Origin: Camelus dromedarius
Taxonomy: Eukaryota
Length of the DNA: 60,000 nucleotides
Assembly (NCBI RefSeq): GCF_036321535.1
Contig: NC_087437.1
Location: forward strand, 51,400,001 to 51,460,000
Direction of reading: 5' to 3'
Positions 43,141 through 56,429 of the stretch are shown one piece after another. Numbering within the stretch: the stretch's first letter is position 1; every line of letters begins with the position of its first letter. A model generated the notes under the pieces. The model ran no database searches. It saw only the letters and a program-made list of their open reading frames with translations, and was not told the origin of the DNA. Position numbers and translations under genes: made by a program.

Positions 43141-44189
43141 TTGTGCCCTTCACTGCTTTACTGATTTTTAGTGAGACATTGCTTACAATGCCTTGCGGCT
43201 GAAAGTTTAGTCCTGGTGCCTCAACTAAATAGACAGGTACCCACACCTCCTCTTTTGTTCCTAGGGCCTAGAAGGGACCCCTTCTTGGATTCTTTTCCCA
43301 CTGCAGCGATATTTTCTTTGAATTCTTCTATACACAGACATACTTATCTCCTCTAGTTCTTTATGAATATTTTATACTGAGTCTGTTCCATCATTCAATA
43401 CTTTGTTCCTAGCTAGTGACTCTCCATCAGTGTAGGAGTCTAGGTTTTTCTTGACTGCTAGAGGCCTTTGAGCATAGTCATACTGAACCTTCTCACCACC
43501 ACAGATTTCTTATTCTTCCTCCCGCATGAACTCTGCAGTAAGAACATAGGTATGGCATGCCCAGAACTTGGAAGTAGAGTTGTCTTAGGGTAAAACTAAT
43601 AAGAACCAGCAAACAGTGGCGAGATGTAGAAGTCATTCAAGAGGTTGTGGTTTGCTGGTGAATGTGTGTCTCAGGGTTGGTACATTTAAGACCCAGCAGA
43701 GTTCTTTAAAGGGTACCTTTAGCTAGAGAAGAACACAAGTTACTGGAAGAGCACACTAAATGTGGTTCAAATCAAGAAGGCCAGAATCCTGCAATGCAGG
43801 GGGGAGGGTGTGAGAGACCAAGCATTGGTCATTGGGTCCCCAGACCAGCCTGAGAGATGGCTGACTCTGTCTTGTGACTTGTCCCTTTAGAAGGTCTTGC
43901 CCTTCAGCAGCACTGAGTGCCTTAGTCCATCAGAGCTTGACACCACTGGCCCCTCAGTTCCATCCACTAACTCCCTGACTCCATTCCACCCCATCTGGTT
44001 TCTTTGGCTTGTGACTTGGTTTGTGTGGCCTTTCTCACCCAAAAAGAATGTACTGACCAGTAAAGATGGATTTTCAGGCCCCCTGTTGGCTATATTTCTA
44101 GTGATAAATTAATAAACTGACATCTGGTTTATACATCAGTCTCTTCTAAGTTTCAGCAGTGTAAGACAGAATCCCTTGGCTTGATCCAA

Positions 44190-44420
44190 GAATAATAATT
44201 TGCTGGGTACTATGTTCCAAGCATTATTCTAAGCACTGTACATGAATTAACTCATTTAATCCTCATGGCAATCTGATGAGGTATGAAAAGTCTTTATTTT
44301 ACAAACGAGAAAATGGAGACCCATAAATCTTTTAAAAAAGACAAAACTAAACTAAACTTGCTTAGGTCTGCCCAGCTTATGAGTTTCTGAGGTCAGGTTG
44401 GGCCCAAAGCTCCAGCTTGC
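44190..44420 (-). mobile_element. MIR SINE
   Basis: attaactcatttaatcctca...ttttacaaacgagaaaatggag. Confidence 0.7.
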
Positions 44421-44754
44421 CCACTGAAGCACAGAGAGACACCCGGCCACGCTGATGTTCGAAATCTAAGCTGTTGAGGAGCTATGCTGGGGTGACTTCA
44501 GCAGACACGGGGCCCTTGGGGGCCATGTCTGAGCAGCCTGCCAGCCCACCCAGTACATACCACCGTGTTTTGAAAGACTTTATCTATGAAACAAATATAA
44601 GTTGTTAAATAATGATTTTACCACTAAAATTTAATCAAAGACATAATGTGGTACTAATCAGTTTTGGGTTTCCCCCACCCCATATCCTCCCATATACTTT
44701 TTTTTTGAAATGGTAAAAATTATCATTTTATTAAATATTAGTCCTTTAGTATAC

Positions 44755-46312
<1,558 letters not shown>

Positions 46313-46369
46313 TGTTGATCTTGAATTTTTTACTGATGCTGTATATTCACTTTTATTTTACAGTATATA

Positions 46370-49300
46370 TTTTAAACTATTATGGAAAATTGCAAACATG
46401 TACAAGAGTAGAGAAATAGAATAATGAACCCCTCCCTATGTGTACATTACCTAGCTTCAACAATTATCCTTCATGGTTCAGGTTAATCATATTTCATCTA
46501 CACCCTCATAATTTGTCTGCACTGTGAATCCTGCTCCTCTCTTCCTGCAACTCACCACTCCCCGTCTCCACCCCAGGATAGTACTTATTAGTGTCAGTAC
46601 TCCCATCAGGAGGAATGTAATGTTTGGCTACTATTTTGTGATAGTTTTAGTATTTATGACAGGGTAAGTTTCAGTTTTTGGTTTCCCTTCATTTTCTTTG
46701 CAGTTTATAGAAGGTTTTCTTATAGAATTAGTAGTGCAAAATGTCAAGCTACTCATACAGACATTTTTCAGTGATTGTGATTATGCTATGTAAATCAACA
46801 CATCACATCATAGAGATGCATTTCCTTGCAAGAAGTAAAATTCTTAACTTTTTAAAAGACTATTTTTTAGAGCAGTTTTCGGTTCACAGCAAAATTGAGA
46901 AGGTACACAGATTTCCCATATACTCCTGCCCCTACACATATGTAGTCTCCCCAATTGTCAGTATCCTCCACTAGAGGGGGGCTTACAATTGATGAATGTA
47001 TATTGACACATAATTACCACCCAAAGTCCATAGTTTACATTAGGGTTCACTCGTGGTGGTGTACATTCTATGGGTATGGACAAATGTATGATGGCATGTA
47101 ACCACCATTATAGACAGCAACACACAGAGTAGTTTCATTGCCCTAACAGTGCTCTTGAATTTTTAAAAATTAAAGTCTTCTTCTTTCCTTCCTGAACAAT
47201 TCAGTCCTGAAGTCTTTAGATGGGGTAGAGCAAAGTAGTTGTCCATAATAGGGTGGGGGCTACCTCAGTAACCCAGAGCAGGATGTCAGGACCTGAACAG
47301 GGCGAAGGGAGCATCTGTGTATGAAGGTTGCGCAGTGTAAGGTGTCAGAGCCTGAGTGAAGTGAGGACATCCACGCATGTGTATGGCTTGCTGCAGGTAT
47401 CAGAGACCCAACAGGATGATGATGATGTACCTGCAGCAACGGGGATGGAAGTGCAGCCTGGTGTGGAGATTCAGAGCCCAAGCAGGGCAAGAGGGGCACT
47501 CTTGAGGAGGGGACCGACCACCAGGACAGGGTACTGGGCAAGGTTGGGGTAAGGATGGTATTCACTGAAGGGGCAGGGGGACAGCAACCCAACACAGAGT
47601 GCTGTAGACAGAGTAGAATGAGAAAGGCATCTGAATGCAGAAGGGCAGTGGCAACAGGGAGGTTAATCATAAAAATAAACATATTGAAGAGAAAAGGAGA
47701 GCCAGGTTTCTCATAGTTGGAGGAGGAAATTACAAACATAAAAAAGGAGAAAATGAATAAACCTTGTGATGCTGGATTAAAACTGGAGATATTGGTGTGA
47801 ACGTTAGGTTTTCAATGCAAAGAGATAGGTAATAGAAATAAGTACAGATTTAAGTGTGTATGTAGCTCTGTCTCAGTTTTGACTATTGAGAGGGCCTTGG
47901 AAAATTGACACTTCCACCCTAGTAGCAATAAACACACCCAGTACCCAAATCCTGACTTCTAAACACCATTCTTCACTATAAGGTACCAGGGTTCTGTAGG
48001 GAAAGAGCTGATTCTAGGGCTGAGGGAGAAAAGATACAAGATGAGCCTAGAAATCTTGTCCTAGAAAGCAAAGGAGTACTGAAAAGTCAGCTTGAAGTGC
48101 TCCCACTGGACAAATTAGGGACAGTTTGAGCATCAATATAAATAATGATGGTAAGATATTATAACCCCTAAATAAAATAGGGAACCATGAGTCCATACAT
48201 GAATAAGTGAAAAGTTTGATGAGGAATGAGATACTTACATATTTTCAAAATACTTCCACAAAAAACATTTATTCATTATAAAAGGAAAAGGAATGTCTTT
48301 GCAGTAGAGAAGCCTAGCAGACAGCACCTTAATCAAGTAATAAAATAAAACATCATCAGTAATGTAAAATCAAAATCTTGTGCCACCCAATAGAATGCAA
48401 CCAGAAGAACACAGCATCATTTCTGTGATTTTCCTGCCAAAGATATGTAACGTGAATTTAGTCATAAGGAAGCATGAGACAAACCCAAATTTAGGGACAT
48501 TCTACAGAATAAATATTCTGTACTCTTTCAAATGTCAAGGTCATGAAATTTAAGAAAAGACTGAGGAACTGTTCCAAAGTGAAGAAGAGACTCCAGGGAG
48601 AAAAAAACTACAAGATGATCTGAAATGGATTTTTTTATTATTATTAATATAAAGGGCATTACTGGGACTTCAGGTGAAGCTGGAATGGAGTTTCAGGATT
48701 AGACGGCAGAGATGTATCAGTGTTAATTTCCTAAAAAAAATATTTCCTGATTTTGATCCTGATTTTGGCAGTTGTACTGTGGTCATTTAGGAGAATGTCC
48801 TTGTTTGTAGCAAATACAGATTAAATCAAGGGTGATGGGACATAAATTGGCTTCTTGTAAATGGTTCATGGCGGGGAGTTCTTTGTTCTGTACTTCAGAT
48901 TTTCTGTATGCTTGAGATTGTTTCAAATTTAATACAAATTTTTAACGTAAAAATAACACATGAGTGTTGTAACAAGTTGAAGAATGCAGTGATTCATTCA
49001 AATAGTTAATATCCCCTCTCCCTCCTAATTCTAGTTCCCTTTTCCCTAAAGAGGTAACTATTGTTACTAGTTCCATACCTAGCTTTCCGAACTTTATCTT
49101 TACGCATATGAACATGTAAACCTAGAAATTTATAGGTAGGGAAACAACTTCTTTCACTGTAGCAGCCATTAACTCTCTCCTTAGTGTCTCACTAAACAGA
49201 AATCCTTATTTTTGTAACATTTTATTTTAGAATAATTTCAGGCTTGGAGAAATGTTGCAGAATATTACAAAGAATTGTGCTTTTTCCTTCAGCCAGATTC

Positions 49301-51910
49301 CTAAATGTTAACGTTTTGCTAAATTTGTTTTATCCTCCTCTGTGTATATTTGTGTGTGTGTATATATTTTTTCCTAAACTGTTTAACAGTAAGTTGTAGA
49401 CATAATGTTCCTTTATTTCTAAGTACCCAATATGTTGTTTTCTAAAAACAAGGACTTTATTTACATAGCCACAGTGTAATTATCAAAGTCAGAAAATAAA
49501 CACTGATACAGTAATATTATCTAATCTAGTTTATCCTCATTTTGCCAATTGTACCAGCAATTTCCCTTATATAAATAGAAAAAATATATATTTGATCCAG
49601 GATCACACATTGCATTTAGCTCTCCAGTCTCTTTAGCCTCCTTTCATCTGGAGCAATTCTTCAGTCCGTCTTTTTATCTTTTATGACCTTAACATTTTGT
49701 TAGCGTACAGGACATTCATTTTGAGAATGTCCCTCAATTTGGGTTAGTCTGGTGTTTCCTCATGATTAGATTCAGGCTGTGCATTTTTGGCAGGCATATC
49801 ACAGAAGTGAGGCTGTGCCTTCTCAGTACATCTTATCAGGAGGCATGTGATGTCAATTTGTCCCATTACTGGTGATGTTAACTTTGATTACTTGGTTAAG
49901 GTGGTGTCTGCCAGGTTTCTATGCTCTAAATTGCTATTTTCCCCTGTGTAATTAATGAGTATCTTGTGGAGAAGAAATACTTAATTTTTATGTAATCAAA
50001 ATAATCAGTGTTTTGCAACAATGGTTTGTTTTTTGAAATGTTCAAGTCCTTCCCCACCACTCCTAGGTAAACACAGATTTTCTACATTATTTTTCTGTTA
50101 ACTGTATAGTTTTGTTTTTCTTACTTAGGTTGAATCCTCTAGAATTTACTTGTATGTATTGTTGTATAGGAACATGGTTTTCACCTTTCTTCATATAATG
50201 AACCAGTTTTTCCAATATTATCTACCAAACAATCTATCCTTTCTTTAGTGATGGTGGTGCCACATTTATTGCATATTATGTTCTCTTTTATATCATATCA
50301 CACAGGTGGGTCAGGTTCTTTATTGGTCTATTTGTTCTCGCAACAGTACTACACTGTTCTGATTACTGTAGTCTTATAGTATGTCTTGTTATCTGGTTGG
50401 GTAAGCCCCACTCTTTCTTTTTCTTTTTATATATTGACTTTGCTCATTTTGAAACTTTATTTCTCTGTATATATACTGGAGTAAGTTTATTACATTCCGT
50501 AAAATCCTTATGGATTTTAATTGGGATTGCATTAAATGTATAGATTAACTGGGGAACAATTAATATTGTTTTTTTTTTAACTAACAAGACAATAGAATAT
50601 CTTTCTAGTTATTTGGATCATTTTCTGTGTCTTTTGAGCTTTAAAGTTTTCTTCATAGAGGTCTCATATAGTGTTGGTTAAGTAAATTCCTAGATACTTT
50701 ATAGTTTTTTCACCATTGTGAAAGCGTCTTTTTTATTGCATTTTCTACTTGGCTACAGGTGGTGTAGACATGTCCGATTGATTTTTGTAGATTGATCTAT
50801 CTGGCTGCATTGCTGAATTCTCTCACTAGCTACAACAGCTTGTTGATTCTGTTGGTATTTTGAGGTAATAATTAAATCACATACAAATAGTTATGGGTTT
50901 ATGTATACGAACACATATTTATAACTATTTCTATATGTAGCCATCTGGATCTATAGTAAGCTAACCACGTTCATAATGATGTCTCCAACTCTAATTTAGT
51001 ACCACATGGATGACTGTAGCTTTCTCCCCTTGCTAGCCTGCAACCACCCACTCCAACAGTCAAAAACCTGACTCCCACCATCCACCATTAATTCACTTAA
51101 TTTTTCATAACCGGTATACATGTATAGTTGTTTCCAAATTGTTAATGCATGTCCCACTGGGAAACAACGTTATCAACCAGAGTATGGTGCTTATGTACAG
51201 TTCCTTTACCTTTAGTCTTACAGACTCTACTTATTTCCAAAGTAACAGGTAAGCACCACTCCCCCCACTTCCTTCCTTCAGTGAGGTTGTTTCATACATT
51301 TGTAATATAGTTGGTTTCTTTTGTCACATTCTTTATTCCATCCTGGGATCTCCCAGCCTCCTAAATGATTTTTTGAAGTTTACATATGTTTACATATGTT
51401 CACTCTTTGTACTGTAAAATTCTATGGGTTTTGAAAAATGTATAGTATTTAATAGTAATATACCACTACAGTATTATACAACATAGCTTCACTGCCCCCC
51501 AAATCTTCTGTATTTAACCTATTCCATCCTCACTGCACCCTCCCCCACAACAAACCCTGATAACCACTAATCTGTTTACTATCCCTATAGTTTTGCCTGT
51601 AAATGCAGTCCTACACTCTGCAGCATTTTCAGACTTTCACTTAGTAATATGCATTTAAAATTTGTCTCTGTCTTTGTGTATGAGCTTGATAGCTCATTCC
51701 TTTTTATTGTTGAGTAGTATTTCATTGTATGGATGTATCACAGTTTGTTTATCCATTCACCTATTGAAGGACATCTTGGTTGTTTTCAGTTTCTGGCAAT
51801 TATGAATAAAGGTACTAGAAACATTTCTGTGTTGATTTTTACGTGGATATTAGTTTTCAGATAAGTTGGGTCAAGTACCTAAAAGCATGATTGCTGGATT
51901 GTGGGGTAAA
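46370..51910. mobile_element. Cluster of old L1M fragments: L1MC-like 3' ends at about 46850-47160 (-), 47230-48950 (+), 49215-49970 (-); older ORF2/3' relics 49980-51910 (-)
   Basis: Recognisable L1MC/L1MB-type 3'-end text in both orientations; AT-rich; subfamily names are from memory only. Confidence 0.75.
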
Positions 51911-51911
51911 A

Positions 51912-53205
51912 CTACAATGGGGAAAAGACAGTCTCTGTCTTTTCTCTTGGGAAAGCTGGACAGCTACATGTAAATCAGTGAAATTACAACATTCCCTCAC
52001 ACTATATACAAAAATAAATTCAAAATGGCTTAGGGGAGAGGGTATAGCTCAAGTGGTAGAGTACATGCTTAACATGCACAAGGTCCTGGGTTCAATTCCA
52101 AGTACCGCTATTAAAAATAAATAAATAAACCTAATTACCATTCCCTCCCTCAAAAAAGACAGTCTCATAATCAAAATGGTTTAAATACCTAAATGTAAAA
52201 CATAACACCATAAAACTCCTAGAAGAGAAAACAGGCAAAACATTCTTTGACATAAGCTGTAGTAATATTTTCTTAGAAAATAGAAAGAAATTCTTTCTTT
52301 CTCTCCCAAGGCAAAAGAAATATATGCAAAAATAAATAAATGAGATCTAATCAATTTTAAAAGCTTTTGCACAGCAAAGGAAACCATTAACAGAATGAAA
52401 AGACAACCTACAGAATGGGGGGAAATATTTCCAAATGGTATGACTGATGAGGGGTTAATACCCAAAATATATAAAGAGCTTATACAACTTAATACAAAAA
52501 ACAAACTACTCAAAAAATGGCAAAAGACCTAAATAGACATTTTTTCAAAGAAGACATACAGATGGCCGATAGGCACACGAAAAAATGTTCAACATCGCTA
52601 ATTATTAGAGAAATGCAAATCAAAACCATAATGCGGTATTATTTCACACCTGTCAGAATGGCTATCATCAAAAAGTATACAAATTTTTAAAAGTATACAA
52701 ACAGTAAATGCTCAGGAGGGTGTGGAGAAAAGGAAATCCTCCTATATTGTTGGTGGGAATATAAATTGGTGCAGCCACTATGAAAAACAGTATGAAAATT
52801 TCTCAAAAAATTAGAACTACCCTACAATTCAGCAATTCTACTCCTAATTAACTGAAAAAAAACAAAGACACTAATTCAAAAAGATACATGCACCACAAGG
52901 TTCATAGCAGCATTATTGACAATTGCCAACACATGGAAACTTAAGTGTTCATCAGCAAATGAATGGATAAAGAAGCTGTGTATATGTGTGTGTATGTGTG
53001 TATATATACAATATATATGTAATGGTATAATATATATTATAATAATATATATATAATGGTATATATAATGGAATATTACTCAGCCATGAAAATGAAATAT
53101 TGCCATTTGCAGCAACATGGATGGACTTAGAGATTATCATACTCAGTGAAGTAAGTCAGACAGAGAAATCATATGATATCACTTGCTTGTGGAATCTAAA
53201 AAAAT
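51912..53205 (+). mobile_element. LINE-1 ORF2 3' fragment, interrupted by a SINE and a TA-rich tract, lacking its 3' UTR
   Basis: WESWTATCK...LTLYTKINSKW resembles ORF2p; aaatgcaaatcaaaacc and ttgccatttgcagcaacatggatggac are L1 hallmarks. Confidence 0.92.
52033..52168 (+). mobile_element. tRNA-derived SINE (Vic-1-like) nested inside L1 ORF2
   Basis: A box TAGCTCAAGTGG, B box GGTTCAATTCC, (TAAA)n tail; target-site duplication tcaaaatgg(c/t)tta on both sides. Confidence 0.9.
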
Positions 53206-53698
53206 GGCCCTGATGTGAGCAGTGTTCTCCTGATTTGGGAAGCAGGTTCAAACCTTCCTCCTGGGCCAGATAAGAGGAAAAGCAACCTATAGGTTAGGCT
53301 GGTGATGGCCAAGGTGAGCAGATATCCTGGACAGGAAACTTGGTGGCCCAGCAGCCTGCTCTACACAGAAATTAGAAAATAGGGTCAGTTTCACTAACAG
53401 AGCCAGTGAGTTTTCTCACATCATCACTGTGAGTCAGCCAACATTTATTGTGCACCTACTGTGTGCCAGGGCCTGTGGTGGAAATGAGTCACCTCTAGAG
53501 GCTCTCAGCAGCTCACAAGGAAAATGTAGGCTATAGATTCAACCACCCCTCCTGCCCTGTTCCCTGCCTGGGCCCCACCAGCTCCTACCTCTGTCCCCCT
53601 GACTTGGTACTAGGTCTCCCTGTCCTTCCTCCACGTGTTCCTTTTTTTTTTTTTGAGGTCAGCCAAGATCAATGGGAATTTTCAAAAGGAGGTATATT

Positions 53699-53834
53699 GT
53701 GGGAGGGTATAGCTCAGTGATAGAGTGCATGCCTAACATGCACGAGGTCCTGGGTTCAATCCCCATTACCTCCATTAAAATAAATAAATCTAATTACCTC
53801 CCCCCAAAATAAAAAGTGAAAAATAAAATTTAAA
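53699..53834 (+). mobile_element. tRNA-derived SINE (Vic-1-like)
   Basis: A and B boxes, A-rich tail, 15-nt TSD AAAAGGAG(G/A)TATATT at 53684-53698 and 53835-53849. Confidence 0.92.
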
Positions 53835-53869
53835 AAAAGGAGATATATTAAGAGATTTAGGGAATCTAA

Positions 53870-53990
53870 GTGGATGTTAATTAAAATTATTGCGGTAATC
53901 ATTTTGCAATATATACATTTATTAAATCATCATGTTGTACACCTAAAACTAATACATCGTTATATGTCAATTATATCTCAACTTTTAATT
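53870..53990 (+). mobile_element. L1M 3'-terminal fragment
   Basis: aatcatcatgttgtacacctaaaactaatac...tatgtcaattatatctcaa. Confidence 0.75.
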
Positions 53991-54059
53991 AAAGAAAGAT
54001 TTAGCCAAAATCGAAGAGAACTAAACCAGGAAATAAATATCAAGAAAATCGTATTGTCT

Positions 54060-54300
54060 ATGGTAGTAGTTTAAAAACAAGGGTCCAAGGGTTCTGAGGC
54101 CAGACCATCTGAGTTCAACATCCTGGTTCTACCACTTTACTAGCTTATCATGAGCAAGATACTTACCTTGTCTGGGCTTCGGTTTTCTCACCTGTAAGAT
54201 AATAATACTGCTTGTCTCTCAGGCTGTTTTAATCATAAATGGATAATCCATGCTTAGTACAATGCCTGGCCTATAGTAAGTGCTTGACAAATATTAACAA
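54060..54300 (+). mobile_element. MIR SINE
   Basis: ggttttctcacctgtaagat...agtacaatgcctggcctatagtaagtgct. Confidence 0.75.
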
Positions 54301-55929
54301 AGAGAAAAAAACAAATGCACACCTACTTAATCCTTTCCTTACTCCCTCTGGCTCTTTCATTTTTTGATGAGCTGATCCTTCTGCTTGAAGCACCTTCCTT
54401 ATGACTGCATAACTCCTATTTAGAACTCTGCTTAAATGGCACTCCCACAACCCCCACTGCCAGGTTAGAAGCCTCTCCTAAAAGCTCTCAGTTAAAAGCT
54501 TTTATATTACCCATGACACCCCTGTAATGCAGCCCTCATCTTTGTCTACTGTAGCCATGTGTTTGCCTTCTTCAGCAGAGTGTGAGCCTTTCAAGACTGT
54601 AGCTCTATATCACCTACCCTCTCCCCTTAGCCTGGCACATAGCAGAGCACCCAGGCTCCAGGCCATTCCTAGCCCTTCCTAGAATCTCCTCCATCTCCTG
54701 AAACCTGGTTCTGGGACCCTCTGGGGCTGTGCAGTCCCTTCCTGTTCTCAGCTGCCTGCCATGCTGCAGCCCCACCACGAGTTCCTCCGAGCTGGGCCTC
54801 AGAGCCCCTCCACAGAACCTCCTCCTCCCCAGTGCCACGCAGCCTGCTTGGCCCTGCCCCATCCTTCGGGATGCTTCACACCTCTGGCTGAGCTGCTGAC
54901 CTATCTGTCCAGCCACTTGCCTCAGCTGAGACAGCCTTCTCAGCAGGATCTCAGGACTCGTCCAAAGCTTGGCTTCTGCCAATGTGTTGTCTAGTCATTG
55001 ACAAACAACCATTTTCCTGGGACACTGTTTTACATCAAGGTCTCCTCAGGACCCAATACAGGGACCTCTTTGTTCATTTCCATGTGTTTGAGGCCCCTTA
55101 ATGACTGCCCCCTGAAGCTTTGTGTTTTCCCTGAGGGCCACATGTAACTCTTGGTTCATTTGTGGAAGAGACAGAGCACAAAACACCCATGGAGAGGTGG
55201 TCACTGCCTGGACTTCCATGTAGCCCTCAGAGCCAGGGCTGGTCCTGTCTCAAGAACTGGAGCACCTGGAGGGTCCATCCACTCACTCACCATCTACTGT
55301 TTCTCCCCCAAACCTGTTAGAGGAACACTTAGTCTGAATGAAGCTGGGGGAGGGTTCAGCAAAGAAGGGAGGAGAGGGGTCAATGGAACCATGGCTCAGA
55401 GAGTGTGGAAAGAATAAGGCTGGGACTCAGCTGGGGCCCCCCATGCCCTGGATCATAGTGATGGTGCTGTGCCTCCTGTATCATCCTTGTGCATTTCCAA
55501 CCATGAAGTTCCCTGGTAAAAGCCCAAGCTATCACCACCAAGCTAAGTGGTTTGGCAAGGGAAAGGGTTGGGGTGGAGGGTTCTGGTGCTCAAAGAGCCA
55601 GGGGATACCCCCCTGTTGCCAGTATGGTGACAGTGACTGGAATCAGGATAGAGTGAACAGGGAAGGATGAGAACCCTGGGTCTGGCTTGAAAGCTGGCCC
55701 CCACTCCTAGCTCTCCTCAAGCTCTCTTCGCAGAATCTGAGTGTGAACTCTGCAAGAAAGCTTGCCTAGGTGACCCCCTTCCCCAGGGCTCCCAGACTCT
55801 CCCTCAGGGATCCTGGGAGAGATTTTATGGACTTCTCTAATCTTTTGCAGCGTAACACCGTCAAGAGCATGAAAATTCAGCTAGTAACAAAGGAACTCTT
55901 TACAAGCAGGGATGGTTTCTCCTCCAGGT

Positions 55930-56425
55930 TCTGCAGTGATAGGGTGGTGGTCACTGCTATGATGGGGACAGTTTGCAGCTACCAGAAGGCTCTGCAGGCT
56001 GTAAGGCCTCACTTACAAGGTGGTGGGCAACCGAAGGTACCAGGAAGTTACAGCCTCAGAAGACAATTTTGCCTACACTCCCTACCCCCAGAAAAAGCGA
56101 GGAGATGGCGCTGCAGTGGTGGGAAGGGTGACTGGGGGTGGGGGAGAATCGCTGCAGTGATGGGGAGCCCTGCTTGGAGTGAGTGGTCACTAAAGTGATC
56201 ACACCAGCTGAAAATACCTGCAGGGATGGGGGCGGTTTCTGCAGTGACAAAAGAGCACTTTGCAAAGGAAAGGGTTGGGCTTCTTGGGGGAGGGGAGCCC
56301 TACGGTGGTGAGGCCCTGGGTTTCGCTGCAGTGATGAGGGAGGGTCACTGCAGTGATGAAAAGCTGAGCCAGTGTGGGGGTAGGGTAGGGTGATACTGGG
56401 ATACCTGGGGTTGCTGCAGTGCTGT
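55930..56425 (+). repeat. Degenerate tandem array of CTGCAGTG(ATG) motifs upstream of the VWA5B2 CpG island
   Basis: Seven exact CTGCAGTG copies (55931, 56111, 56152, 56239, 56326, 56348, 56414) plus variants. Confidence 0.7.
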
Positions 56426-56429
56426 GGGG

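Noticed and set aside
47270..47620. Degenerate ~60-nt repeats (gtgtcagagcctgag-like) and a 159-aa minus-strand ORF
   Set aside because: Contiguous with an L1MC-type 3' region and most likely its internal repeat; family assignment from memory, needs RepeatMasker.
52033..52110. Possible tRNA genes here and at 53699 and 35769
   Set aside because: A-rich tails, target-site duplications and imperfect acceptor stems identify them as SINEs.
55930..56425. CRISPR-like reading of the motif-plus-spacer array
   Set aside because: Mammalian DNA, an 8-11 nt core, irregular spacing and no cas genes.
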